This document shows, one piece after another, positions 52,274-64,000 of a DNA stretch of 64,000 nucleotides (the first letter of the stretch is position 1; every line of letters starts with the position of its first letter). The stretch is from contig JALJEE010000699.1 of the NCBI GenBank assembly GCA_023231475.1, positions 1-64,000 of the forward strand. The letters run 5' to 3'. A model generated the notes under the pieces. It saw nothing but the letters and a program-made list of their open reading frames with translations, ran no database searches and was not told where the DNA came from. The position numbers were made by a program, and so were the translations under genes. Source of the stretch: Seison nebaliae (lineage: Eukaryota).

Positions 52274-52355
52274 TATATAGGAGAGATATTTCAGTAATCG
52301 TTTCATTCTGTTTGTAATCGACTTGGTCGATATAGTTGACCATTTCGATGGTCAA
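52274..52355 (+). promoter_or_regulatory. Putative TATA + Inr core promoter and 5'UTR palindrome of the chitin-binding gene
   Basis: TATATAG at 52274, and TCATTC Inr-like motif with its A at 52305 (31 nt downstream). Perfect TTGACCAT-TTCG-ATGGTCAA hairpin at 52336-52355. Confidence 0.4.
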
Positions 52356-52500
52356 TCTTCAAATTATTCGAAATTGAAATTTTTTCATCCTTTAAAAAAA
52401 AGGAGATTATAAAAATTAATTTTTTTCATTTATATTTTTTTTAGAATCTCTAAGTATTTCAGGATTTTTCATCTACATAATTCTTTAAATTCATTTCCAA

Positions 52501-55500
52501 ATGAGAATGAAACACCATCATAATCTTATACTGATGGTGTTGTTGGTAGTGGATGTGAGTAGCAGTTTAGTGATTGATATTCCTCATTTCGATCAATCAA
52601 CTTCCAATGACAATGTAAGAGAACATCAGAAACGTTTATTGAATGAACAACTGAACAGTCAACGTAGCGGGAACGGAATAATCCAGAAAGAGAATGAGAA
52701 AGTTGATGGTGATTTTAATGAATTATTACCGAGAGAGTCGAAAAGTGAAATGAGTTCGACAACAAATGAGATAACTTATCCGTATTTCGAATGTCCACCA
52801 CACACTGGTATCTATTCGGACAAGATCATGTGCAATGCTTATCATCGTTGTCAATGTAAAGCGAATGGAATTTGTGAACATCGTTCATATTTGTGTACGA
52901 TAGGCACGTTGTTTGACGAGAGGAAGAAGACATGTGTTGGAACGAAGAATGCTGATGAGATTTGTGAATCCAAAAATCAGACGTATGTTTTTTGGTTGAA
53001 CAACGAGAATAATCGTCGAAATATCGATGAAAGTATTGTGAATTTAATGATGAAATGGAAAAGGAGAAATGAAACGGAAATGCGATCAGCCACACTCCAT
53101 TCGACTCGAGTTTATTTCAAATGTCCCAAACATGAAGTTGGACGATTCGAAGATGAGAATGTTTGTAATATCTTTCACGTTTGTCTAATGGATGAGATGA
53201 CTGGACGGACTCTCGATCAACCATTTCTTTGTCCATTTGGAACTATTTTTCGGGTGATAGATAAACATTCAATGTATTGTGATCGAATGAAACCGAATGA
53301 TTGTGCAGGTAAATCGATATATTTCGGGGCTAAAATTACCAATGTGTCCGACGATATTCGAGATCATCCGTTAGAGTTGGACAATAATATTGTGACGGAA
53401 ATGCACGAATGTAAAGGAGATGATGAAGGTACCAATCTAATTGGCGATTCGTCATTCTGTAATGTTTATCATCGATGTGATAAGAATAATAGATCGGAGA
53501 AACAGTTGGCTAAACGATATATGTGTGAGAGTAATCTGATGTTTAATCCGTTGTCTCATCTCTGCGATTATCCGATCAATATCAATTGTGAACATAAAGA
53601 AATTATGAGAGTCATCATCAAAAATGGAACAATTCCCGTTTTTTCAACACCAGCAGCACATTCACAATCACCTCTCTGGTCAGCTGTCACATCGAATGAA
53701 ATGACATCGACGAAATCGACGTCAACGAAAAAAGCAAAATCGGCAAAACTGATCGATGGCGGTTTTTATGACGAACATGAAAGAAATCGACAACAAATTC
53801 ATATTATTCACAATGTCCCAATTCCATTAAATTGTCCCACTAATCTTCTAAATACTCTCGTTCCCGATGAGAAGTATTGTAATATTTTCCATCATTGTCA
53901 TCAAGGTCAAGGTACTGTATATGTGTGTGAGAATGATCAAGCTTTCGACGCCTATGCCAATGGATATGGAGCATCGGGAGCTTGTAATAAAGAAGAGAAT
54001 GTTAATTGTTTTGGCAAATTTATTCTTACGTCTTATGGTCAACGTTATGGCCAACCACCGAAACGAATAAGTCAAACACCAATTCCCACCGTCCAACAAC
54101 AACAAGTACCATCCTCTTCCTTATCGAGTACTAGGCCAATGGTCATCATCAGCTCACGTAATGTTAATACAAATAAGAATAATTTTAATAATAATAATAA
54201 CTTTAATAACAAAAACAACAACAATAACAACAATGATAATAACAATAAGAATAACATTTTTTTGAATGAACAGAAAAATGGTATTCGAGTTGAATTGAGT
54301 TCAATTCCATTCGATTGTTCACAAATTGGAAATGGTCATCATAAAAATGGACAATATTGTGATATATTTCATGCATGTGTAGGTGGTGTAAATAAGAAGA
54401 CATTCGCCTGCGAACAATTAGGTGAACGAATTTATTTCGATGAGGCAAAACAAAAGTTTTATTTTTCTTCTTGTTGTTCGAAGGGAGTTCAAATTAAAAT
54501 TTTTAGATGTGAATTCTTACGCTCGTCAAATGGATGTCCAATGAATAATTATTATCAGGCGATCGAGAATCAGACACCACCTCCAACACAAACGCTGACG
54601 CCCTTTGATAACGAATGGAAAGATTTAGTTCGACAGCGAGATTCATTTTCTTGTCAAGGTTCCAATTTACATCAGTTCGCATTGTTCATGTTATTCGATT
54701 TTTAGGTAAATCAAACGGCTTCTATGGTAGTCGATGGTGCAATGTATTTTATCGATGTTATAGGGGAAAGAAGATCGAATACATTTGTGCAGCAATGAGT
54801 CGAGGTGGTGATAGATTATGGTGGGCTACACATGACCAACCAGAACGATTGATAAGTGCTAAAGAAGCCAAATGTACATGGCCATGTGACACAAAAGCAT
54901 GTCAAGCACCTGGCGGAGTATTAAGATTAAGGCAATATACTGGATGGTATGAATCGAGAGATACGGCACCAATAAGAAAAGCCTCATTATCTTCCTGTTT
55001 AGGAACGAGGAATTACCAAGTGCCAACGGATTTAAGCCAATTTGCTAGTGACATTCAACCACCGTCGTTCAATGTGGATAGTCGGTTTAGCTGTCAAGGT
55101 CGAGGAGATGACTCATATTTCGATAGTGAATGGTGTAACGTCTTCTTTCGATGTGTTGGAGGTCAACGATACGATTTCAAATGTGCATTGGCCACAAATA
55201 ATCCATATGATTTGTGGTGGAACGAACAAGAGAAACGATGTGATTGGCCTTGTGTATTGAATTGTAATAAACCAATATTTAACAGTAGTCGCTCTGCTGC
55301 AGACATTAAACAAGAAGATGCGTCTTCTGGTCGTGATGAATGCGTTCAAGCTGGTTCATTTAATCCCAATATGATTTATAACAATAATAATAATAATAAC
55401 AACAACAATTATAATAACAACAATAACAATTACAATAATAACAATTATAACAACAACAACAATAATAACAACAACTACAACAACAACAACAACAACTTTA

Positions 55501-55574
55501 ATAATAATAATAACAACAACTATAATAATAATAATAACAACAACTATAATAATAATAATAACAACAACTATAAC

Positions 55575-55630
<56 letters not shown>

Positions 55631-58600
55631 TTATCAACCAAATAATGGATGTGCATCAGGTACCAGTGGTGGCAGTGGTTGTGTCTCAAATACTGGTCAA
55701 ATACAACCTCCCATATCTCAACCTCAACCGTCCAATTCTTATGGAACTTATTCTAATAATAACATTTATCCCAAACAACAACAACACCAACAACAACAAA
55801 AACCGATTCCACCTCCACCTCAAGCACCTCAACTGCCTCCACCTCTTCCCAATAAACCGGAAAATTATCATTCCTTGTCATTAAACATTTTACCGGAGAC
55901 TGGAATATTTTGTGGTTCGGTGGGCAAGTTGATATCCCAACGATACTGCAATGTTTATTATGAATGTGCATCAATCTCCTCTCAACCCCAAGCATTCGAG
56001 TGTGTCGATTCTTATTTTTCGATGAACGACCAACGTTGTGTAGCAAAAACTTCATTCCAATGTAACGGTAATGAATTCCCTTATGATTCCATTCCAATAC
56101 AAGAGAATCCTGATAAATTCACCTGTCGACAACAGACCACATTATACATCATCCATTCTCCCATTTATTGTAACGTCTACTATTTCTGCAATGGCCAGAA
56201 TGAACAGCCGGCCATATTCCGATGTTATGACCGACGATCATCATCTGACAGTGTCTTCAATCGAGATACTCAACGATGTGAGAAAGCGACGAAATTTACT
56301 TGTCCAACTCAAATCTACCGAAATGAAAAAACTTATCGAAGTGAGCCAGTCGATCATCAGTCATTTCCTACATTAGCCACGAGTATTCAATGTGGATCGA
56401 CTGAAACGTTTCTCTCTCAGCATACCGATTATTGCAACCTTTATCATTCGTGTGCTTACGGAAAATATCAGTTATATGTCTGTGTAGAATCCGATTCTAC
56501 TTCACTCAAATCTTATTTCAATTTCCCGTTAGGTGAATGTTCAGCACCTCTGACGACTCTCTGTCCATCCAATCGCATATTTCCATACGAACGTTTATTC
56601 AGACCATCTTTCCATTTATCGAATGGAAATAATTTGGACGCGATAAATTTCAAAGCTGCTCCATCTATACCTCATCCATCTTCATCCGATACCTCCATTT
56701 CCATAAAGCAGTTTATGACTCGAGAACTATACGAGAAGATTGAACCAATTCCTACGAATTGTTTAGGAACCAGTCGATTCATTTGGAAGAATCCCACTTA
56801 TTGCGACGTTTATGTCGTGTGTAATTTAGGAGAGATTCGATTGATGCAATGTTTGCGAACGGATACACATTCAAATATAGGAGTGGCTTATGATCAAGAA
56901 TTAGGTGATTGTACTTCCGCTACTCATGACAATTGTAAGAGTGATCTATATTATGGATCGCCAACGAAGAAAACGAGAACGGAGAATATTCCCATAACCA
57001 TTCGTATCGATAGCGATTTCTCTTGTATAGATCGTTCGAATGGATATTATGAATCGGAATGGTGTAACGTCTTCTATCACTGCAGTAATGGGAAGAGAAG
57101 TGATAAGAGATGTCCCATCAAATCAGATGAAACGACAAAATTATCGTATGATTTGTGGTGGCAACATCAATCCACTTCATACAATGCCAATAATTTGCAG
57201 TTCTTAGCCGATAAATATTCGGATGTTGGACAGTGTGCACATCCGTGTAAGAGTAATTGTCGTAAAGGAATTTATTTGGATAACGATGAGATGACATCGA
57301 AAACGCATCTGTTCAATATTCAACAAATACTCCAAATCGATCATCAGTTGAATCAGAACGTTTGTCAATCATCCAATTCTTTATCAAATTCCAATCAACC
57401 CACACCAGTAAATGATGCGAATGTGGAAAGGTATTTATGTAAATATTCGGGATATATGGCGGATGAGAAATATTGTAATATTTTCCATTCTTGCAAATCA
57501 CCAAATCTTCCTCCTGTTGCCACTTACCAATGTGCATCAGGTCAAGTATTCAATCGACAACTCTCTCAATGTACTCCAAGTGCGATTTGTGAATCGACCG
57601 TATATCAATTCACGAAAACTCCTACCCAATCTTCAACATTACATTCCATATTTACCTCCACTCCCTCATCGAACCATTTCGATTCAATAAAGAATCCGAA
57701 TATCCATTTTACTTGCACCAAATCCAACACGATAATGGCTGATAGTATATACTGTAACATTTACCATCAATGTGGCTCGTTGAATGAACTGCCTCTCACC
57801 TCATACAAATGCCATTCCGGGTACGCATTTGACGAAAGATGGAATCAATGTCGTCCAAGTGACGCATGTTTATTGATACGGTTTAATCGTGAATTCGATG
57901 TCGTTCCATTACAAATCAATATGCCTGGTGGTAGTACTTGTCGAAGTTTGGGAATTCATCAAGTCAAATTTGAAGGATTACGATATTGCGATCTCATGTA
58001 TGCTTGTCATCCAAATGAACATAAACCTAAATTATACCAATGTCGCTCTAATGGTGATGTGGCATATTTCTCGTCGAAACTTCGAGCTTGTATTTATGCA
58101 CATCGAGGTGAATGTGATTCTCCCAACACCGTACTAGGAATCATTCCACAATTACATCTCACATCCACCACTCAGAAACTGTGGGCAAATCTTCGTTCGA
58201 TGCAATCGAGTGAAACGACGTTATCACCATTGAATGATCATCTCAAATATCCAGATATCACTGCCAATTTTTTTAATAAAAAATTCCGTTGTCCTTTCAA
58301 TTTGACATCCGACACTTATTTGGCAGATGAAGAATTTTGTGACGTCTTCCATTATTGCTCGGCTGATGGTCATCATTCGACTCATATTTGTGAATCGTCA
58401 TATGATGGTTCTTACAGTTTATGGTGGGAGAATCAGAAATTACCATCAAAAGTTTCATCTAATTTCATTTTCTTCTTTATTATCATTTGTAGACTATTAA
58501 TTGTATTTGGCCGTGTGCAATGCAATCGATCGAATCCTATTGTCCAGCAATGAAGAAAGTATTCATACAACAACAACAATTTGTGATTGGAGGAATATCT

Positions 58601-58847
58601 CAAAAGAAAGTTTTAGATAATTTATGTGGAAAGGAGAATATTGCGTCGGAAAGGATCGATGACGAAATGTTGAAAGAGATCTCCAAAACAAAGAATAATC
58701 AATCGGACATTATTCTACCAGCATCAGCCAATTTAGGTTCGTAAAATTAGTTTTCTTTCAAATTCACTTTAGATTTCATCACTTTAATTATCATTTATTT
58801 TATAATTAACTTGCACCTTCATCTTTTTGTCTATAGATGTGGAATAA
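52501..58847 (+). CDS. Giant secreted chitin-binding protein (~2030 aa) with 16 peritrophin-A/CBM14-type domains
   Basis: Exons 52501-54455, 54507-54658, 54706-58451, 58493-58736 and (58837-58847); alternatively it stops at 58744. Signal peptide LILMVLLVVDVSSS. Sixteen repeats of C..C(N/D)x(Y/F)xxC..C..(F/W)..C..C. No catalytic domain seen. Confidence 0.9.
55379..55632 (+). repeat. Coding (AAT/AAC)n tract encoding ~85 aa of poly-Asn punctuated by Tyr
   Basis: Visible trinucleotide run, in frame within the chitin-binding gene. Confidence 0.95.
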
Positions 58848-59232
58848 AAATCAGATCTAAATTTCATCTCATTCTTAACTCCAAAATGAACAGATAGAAA
58901 TGAGAAATTTTATTCAAAATAATAAATATTCGGAATTGTTCCCGAATGCACCAAATCTGCACAAACTTTAAAAAACTTGCACAATAATTAATATATTAAT
59001 ATTCAGTTTCTTATCTTTTAAACACTTTATCAAATTGTGATAATTTCCATTTCTTATTTTTATTCTCAATACCATTTCCCAATGAAAGAAGAAGACGAAA
59101 TCATCTTCAGAAAATCAAGGAAATATATTGTAGTATCAATTTCTCACATCTATTAGTTATTGTCACTCGTGTTATTCCAATTTTTTTTTTCATTTCTCTC
59201 AAATCTCATTTCTTTTAAACGTTGAAAAATAA

Positions 59233-60297
59233 ATGATTTTTTTCCATCTTCATCCTTCTCATGACGTCATCAGTTAGTATTGCTGGTTATACACCATGTA
59301 CTGAAAGCGATGAATGGTATATCAGTCATAAGACGATCCGATGTAATAATGAATATCGTCGTCATGGTTATGCGCCCGATGCGAAGGATTGTTCCAAATA
59401 CTACAAATGTTCAAGTGAAATCGATCGAACTGATAATATGTCGACAGGTAAAACTTTCATTATCTTATAAGATTTTTTTGATGTAAAAATATAATGAAGG
59501 TTGGCTCCAATCATGTTTAGCTGGATTGTGGTGGGATCAATCGAGAAAGATGTGTGTCATGCCAAATGAAGTTCCATGTGATCCATATCAAATCATCAAC
59601 AATATGGGTTCATTTTCTGCTTTTAATTTTAATTATTTATTATCTCTCTCAAAGGTCTACTACAACAAATGGATGAAAAAACAAGGACGGATGAAAAGAT
59701 GACGGAAAAGAAAAAAGAGAATCGATTAGATTACACATGGACCAATTGGTCCAAATTAAAGAGGGAGAAGAGTTTAATGAATAAGAAATGTAGTTTACAT
59801 AGTTGTTCATCCGTCGGATTGTCATCCTATCGACCAATGCGAAGTATATTAACAAATCCTCGGTATTTGTTAGATATTTATATGAGACTTTCTCACATAA
59901 AACTAATTAATTCTCTTACAGTTACAAATGTGATGGGCAATGTGCGGCGTTGATGCGCTGCCCTAACAACTTAGTTTTCGACGACGATTTACAACGATGC
60001 GAATGGTTTCTCTTTACTAAACGAGGAGCAACATTGAGACGGAAGATATTGAAGGCAAATGGACGAATGGCATTCCATTTCTTTAATGAAACGAAAAAGG
60101 AAAGAAGTGAACGGGATGTCGAATCGATAGACGAATTCAAATCGATTCTCAACAAATATACGACATTCGATGGATTTCTTACGTCGAAGAATGAATGTAA
60201 ATGTCGAATTGAAGATTTAACTTCAGTAACCAAATCGTTATATTTATCCACCGTTGCTATGGATCATATCGTTGGCAACAGCTCAATCTCAAAATAG
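59233..60297 (+). CDS. Small chitin-binding protein with two CBM14-like domains; apparent +1 frameshift in the signal peptide
   Basis: Exons ~59233-59447, 59500-59607, 59655-59868, 59922-60297. Domains C..GYAPDAKDCSKYYKC..QSCLAGLWWDQSRKMCVMPNEVPC and YFYKCDGQCAALMRCPNNLVFDDDLQRCEW. Confidence 0.82.
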
Positions 60298-60479
60298 ATT
60301 AAACGGGAAACAGTTTTTGTAAATTCTTTCCAATTCTTCTTGTACCGTATTTATTTCTCATTCTGTGTTGTTTCTTCTTTTAATCAATAAATATTATTAT
60401 GAAATGATAAAATGAGAAAAAGAATCAAAAAAAGAAATATCAATTTTTCCCCACAACATTTTTCCGTTTGCTCAGGACG

Positions 60480-62748
60480 TTATGGTGGAAGATCTTTGAC
60501 AAACGGAAGTATGGATTGTGTAAAGAATGGTGATGGTGTTGGATCAGTGAATGGTGGTAACATTACATATTCGGTAGTTGGTTGACATTCATTTGTATTC
60601 GCCAACTTTTTTGTAGGGGAAACAAATGAGGATTGATGATTATCATTTCGATGTCGCTTCTTTGGAGAAAGGAATTCATCAATATAATTATTCGGATTCA
60701 TCTCTTGTAAATTCTCATTATTATTTAAAGTTGGTGTTGTTATTACTGTTGTTGTTGTTGAAGAAGAAGAGGATGATGATGATGATGATGATAAGGAAGA
60801 TGAAGTTGTATTAAGAATTAATTGTGGAAGGAAATTGGCTGGAGAAAGAAAGAGATGTGGATAGAATGAAGCTAAAGCAGCAACAGCATTATCATTATTA
60901 ATGGTATTCTCCATTTTATTGTGAAGAAGTTTATTCTCATCTTTCTTTATCATCAAATCACCATTAAACGACGATTTTTGTAATGACGATGAACAATCAG
61001 AAAATAATGGAACATGTTGTTGTTGTTGTTGTTGTTGTTGGTTTGGTGTTGAAAATTGGAAATTATTTTGAGAACAGAATTGATTCGACATCAAATTGAA
61101 CATGGCTGTTTGATTATTTAATAATTGTTGATTATTATTTGTCTGATCAATTTCACGTTGATGTGGAAATGAGAAGGAATTGCGATGGCAATTCATTGGA
61201 AAGTTGGGAGGTGAAGATGCGATAGTTGATGATGTCACTGATGGAATAATCGAGGGCGAATTGGCGAGAAGAAGATCAGATGAGACAAATGATTCCGAAT
61301 TTTGTTTGTTAATTTGATCAATTTTCAACTTCGAATTCGTTTGATCCGACTGTAGTTGATGTAAGAGCTGATTGGAATTATTATTCGTAGCATTACTATT
61401 ATTCATATTCATTGCCGCATGGGCCGCCGATATCTGATGAATCATTTCTACGACACTTGAAAATGAAGAAAATTTATTTGAATTAAAACGTAAAATAATT
61501 CTTTCGACGAAGATAGTAACCTGTCTTCCGAATCACATTCGCGGAAACCTTTAGCAAATGGATTACTTGCAATCTTTAATTGAGTAATCTTCATTTGAGA
61601 AATTAGAAGAAAAGATTTTCAAACAAATTAAATGAAACTCGATGATTCTGATATGCAGTCACTGCGACAAATTTAGTTTCTTTAAAAACAAACGTATTAT
61701 AATGTTGATAATCTGAATCGTTCATATTATCATTATTATTATTATTATGATTATTATTATTATTATTGTTGTTGTTGTTATTGTTATTATTTAGAGAAGG
61801 AGAAGATGAAGAATTAAATGACGAATCCAAATCATTATTTCGACCAAGAACACTTGATAATAAGAGATTACTAAAATATTGTGATGTAGTAGTTGTTGTA
61901 GTGGTTGTGGATGTTGTTGACGATTGTGGATGTTGTGTGGAATTATTTAAAGGAATTTCATTTATTGGATTGATATAAACAATATGAAATCTCGGTTGAT
62001 ATTTGTGCATCGAATTGAGAATAATCTTTAGAAGAAAAGTGGAAATAGAAAAAAAAGAATAATGTAATTCCAACATGTCCGTTATCATCCAAAATATTGT
62101 TTGTTAATTTCAATTTATCAAATGAAACGATATTCTTCATCCATTGGCCACCTTTCTGTGGAGAATCGGGATGAACATGAACACGACTCGGTAATTGTGG
62201 ATCGGCTTTACCCGCCACCATCCAATTCGAACTAGAAATAATTTAATAATTTTTCAAAAATATTCTACTAACTTATAGAATGCGTAGCGATAACGCTTAT
62301 CATCGATTGGTTGGAAATCCATTATAAGAACATAATCACTAAATGGATCCAATCCTCCAATCTTCAATTGAAATGTGGGGAACATCCGTCTTTAATTTAT
62401 TTTATTAGAAAATTTTGATTAAGAATTGAGGAGGAACCTTCCAGCTTTTGTCACAATCATTTCCGTTCCCAAATTGTCGAACTCTTGCCAAAGTGCTCGA
62501 CATTCGAGATGTACCTTTGCTTGACGTAAAGCTGGATGCATTAATTTGGCATCACTCGGATTCTCTAAAGCTCGTCCGATAGCCACCGTGTCATTCTTGT
62601 CAGTTCGACGACGTTGCAAATGGTGATGGTTTGAAGAATTCTGTTTCAGAGTATTTGATTTGTTCTTACTCATTTTATTCGGACGTTCTTTCGGTAATTT
62701 CTTTCTCTCATTACTCTGTTTTTCACATTCGTCTGACATCGATTTCAT
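60480..62748 (-). CDS. Tbx1: T-box transcription factor, Tbx1/org-1 subfamily (5' end uncertain)
   Basis: Exons 62438-62748, 62273-62389, 62075-62231, 61639-62025, 61521-61588, 60480-61455. [59 protein letters not shown] and [22 protein letters not shown] are Tbx1-type. A possible acceptor at ~62757 means an upstream exon may exist. Confidence 0.95.
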
Positions 62749-63438
62749 AAATATTCCTTTCAAAATTATTAGTTATATGATATGAGTTTCAACGAGGAAG
62801 AATTTCTAAGAATGAGTGAAAGTCGTGAATGAATTTTATGAGAAACAATTGGAAGGAGATCAGTTAAGATCTTGATTGGTGATGGATTATGAGAAGAGGA
62901 TGAAGGAAAAGAAGATCTCTCACAATTCAAGAGATAAAGTCAGGAGAAACTTCATGTCTATTCAAAATTAATGACATAATTAATCATTTATACAAATTAT
63001 TCTTAACGAATTTTTATCATCGACATGATAAGGTGGAATGAAGCATTTAGAGCATGTGCAAATACTCATTCATCATCCCTTCACCTTTACCCAGTTTTAC
63101 TTTTATCAAATCAGATTCAATATAAAATGTCTGAACGGTAAATTGAAATGAATGTGGAGAATATTGGATATTATCGTTTCAAGTCGTCCAAAAAACAGAA
63201 GAAGATGATAAATAAACTGTGCAAAATTCGGTTGGTTAAAATATGGATCGAAAGTGTAAACATCAAATCGATGGAGTTATAAGAAGAATATTCTATTCGA
63301 TTCCTTCTCAACTCCACTAGAATCATTGTTCATTAAACTTTGATTATTTACAATTCATATTCATTCAAGGAAAGAAAAATATGGGAATTAGCATAAAATA
63401 AAAGATGCAATTAATCTGAATAGGTTAATTCCAGAGAT

Positions 63439-63486
63439 TATATATATATATATATGTGTATCTATCTATCTATCTATCTATCTATC
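63439..63486. repeat. (TA)n + (TATC)n microsatellite
   Basis: Directly visible. Confidence 0.9.
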
Positions 63487-64000
63487 GAAACAATTAAAGA
63501 CAGAAACGAAGATAGAGTCCATTCCTTTCAAAGATATCGATTCTCTAAAAGCAAATGATTTGCCGATTGATTTGTTTATATGAGAAAATTTTGGGATTCT
63601 TCTTTTTTTTCTTTTTTTTACCGCTGCACACACCACTCTCTAATTGCTTTCTCTAACTGATAAGTGTTTATTTATCACCGACAAATTCTTATCATTTCAG
63701 ACGTCCATCACAATTAAACGAATGAACTGAAACTTTCATTTCCAAGTTTGACAATCATTAAAATTCCGAATTCGACGTCGTTAACAATTTACTCTTTTGA
63801 CAATATCTCAATTCATTTTCAATCTTCTCTTAACATCTTCAGACGTTTAATCTTCAACGTAGATAAGTCGAATGTTCAATGATGATGACGGAGAAGAAGA
63901 TGATGACGGAAAAGAAGAAGACGAATAAGCAGAACAAAATTAACTGTAAATCGAAATATATTGAATTAATCTACCAATTCTCACATACACCGTTCAAGAA

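Noticed and set aside
55356..55689. Minus-strand poly-Ile/Val and poly-Tyr ORFs
   Set aside because: Antisense shadows of the poly-Asn codon tract.

Overview
This is AT-rich (~70% by eye) animal genomic DNA from a compact-intron invertebrate. A gnathiferan/rotifer-like host is a guess from composition, tiny introns and poly-N/Q proteins, not something the sequence proves. Genes spliced by hand: an L-type Cav1 calcium-channel alpha1 subunit (8059-18093 +); a 3-Ig lachesin/DIP-like GPI-type adhesion gene (34476-36824 +); a VAMP7-like longin R-SNARE (37380-38487 -); an orphan secreted protein (39605-40345 -); CRAMP1/cramped (41113-43563 -) head-to-head with an N/Q-rich C2H2 zinc-finger gene (44561-47401 +); a ~2000-aa secreted protein with 16 chitin-binding peritrophin-A (CBM14) domains (52501-58847 +) plus a small CBM14 neighbour (59233-60297 +); and Tbx1/org-1 (60480-62748 -). 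A decayed transposon nest at ~18.9-23.2 kb (two related LINE remnants, MULE, probable hAT) is followed by a 30-bp satellite, a dense array of hairpins and a 20-bp repeat. Most notable: 35 of 40 inferred introns start GTT and 13 of 40 end AAG; an unexplained ~440-bp array of about 12 tandem hairpins with repeated TATAAGGG boxes; a VAMP7 with four prolines in the C-terminal half of its SNARE motif; an 8-Cys 'LWW..CxWPC' variant of CBM14; and a Cav1 with a divergent beta-subunit-binding AID, altered dihydropyridine sites and two candidate cassette exons. All exon models are manual and have no transcript support.
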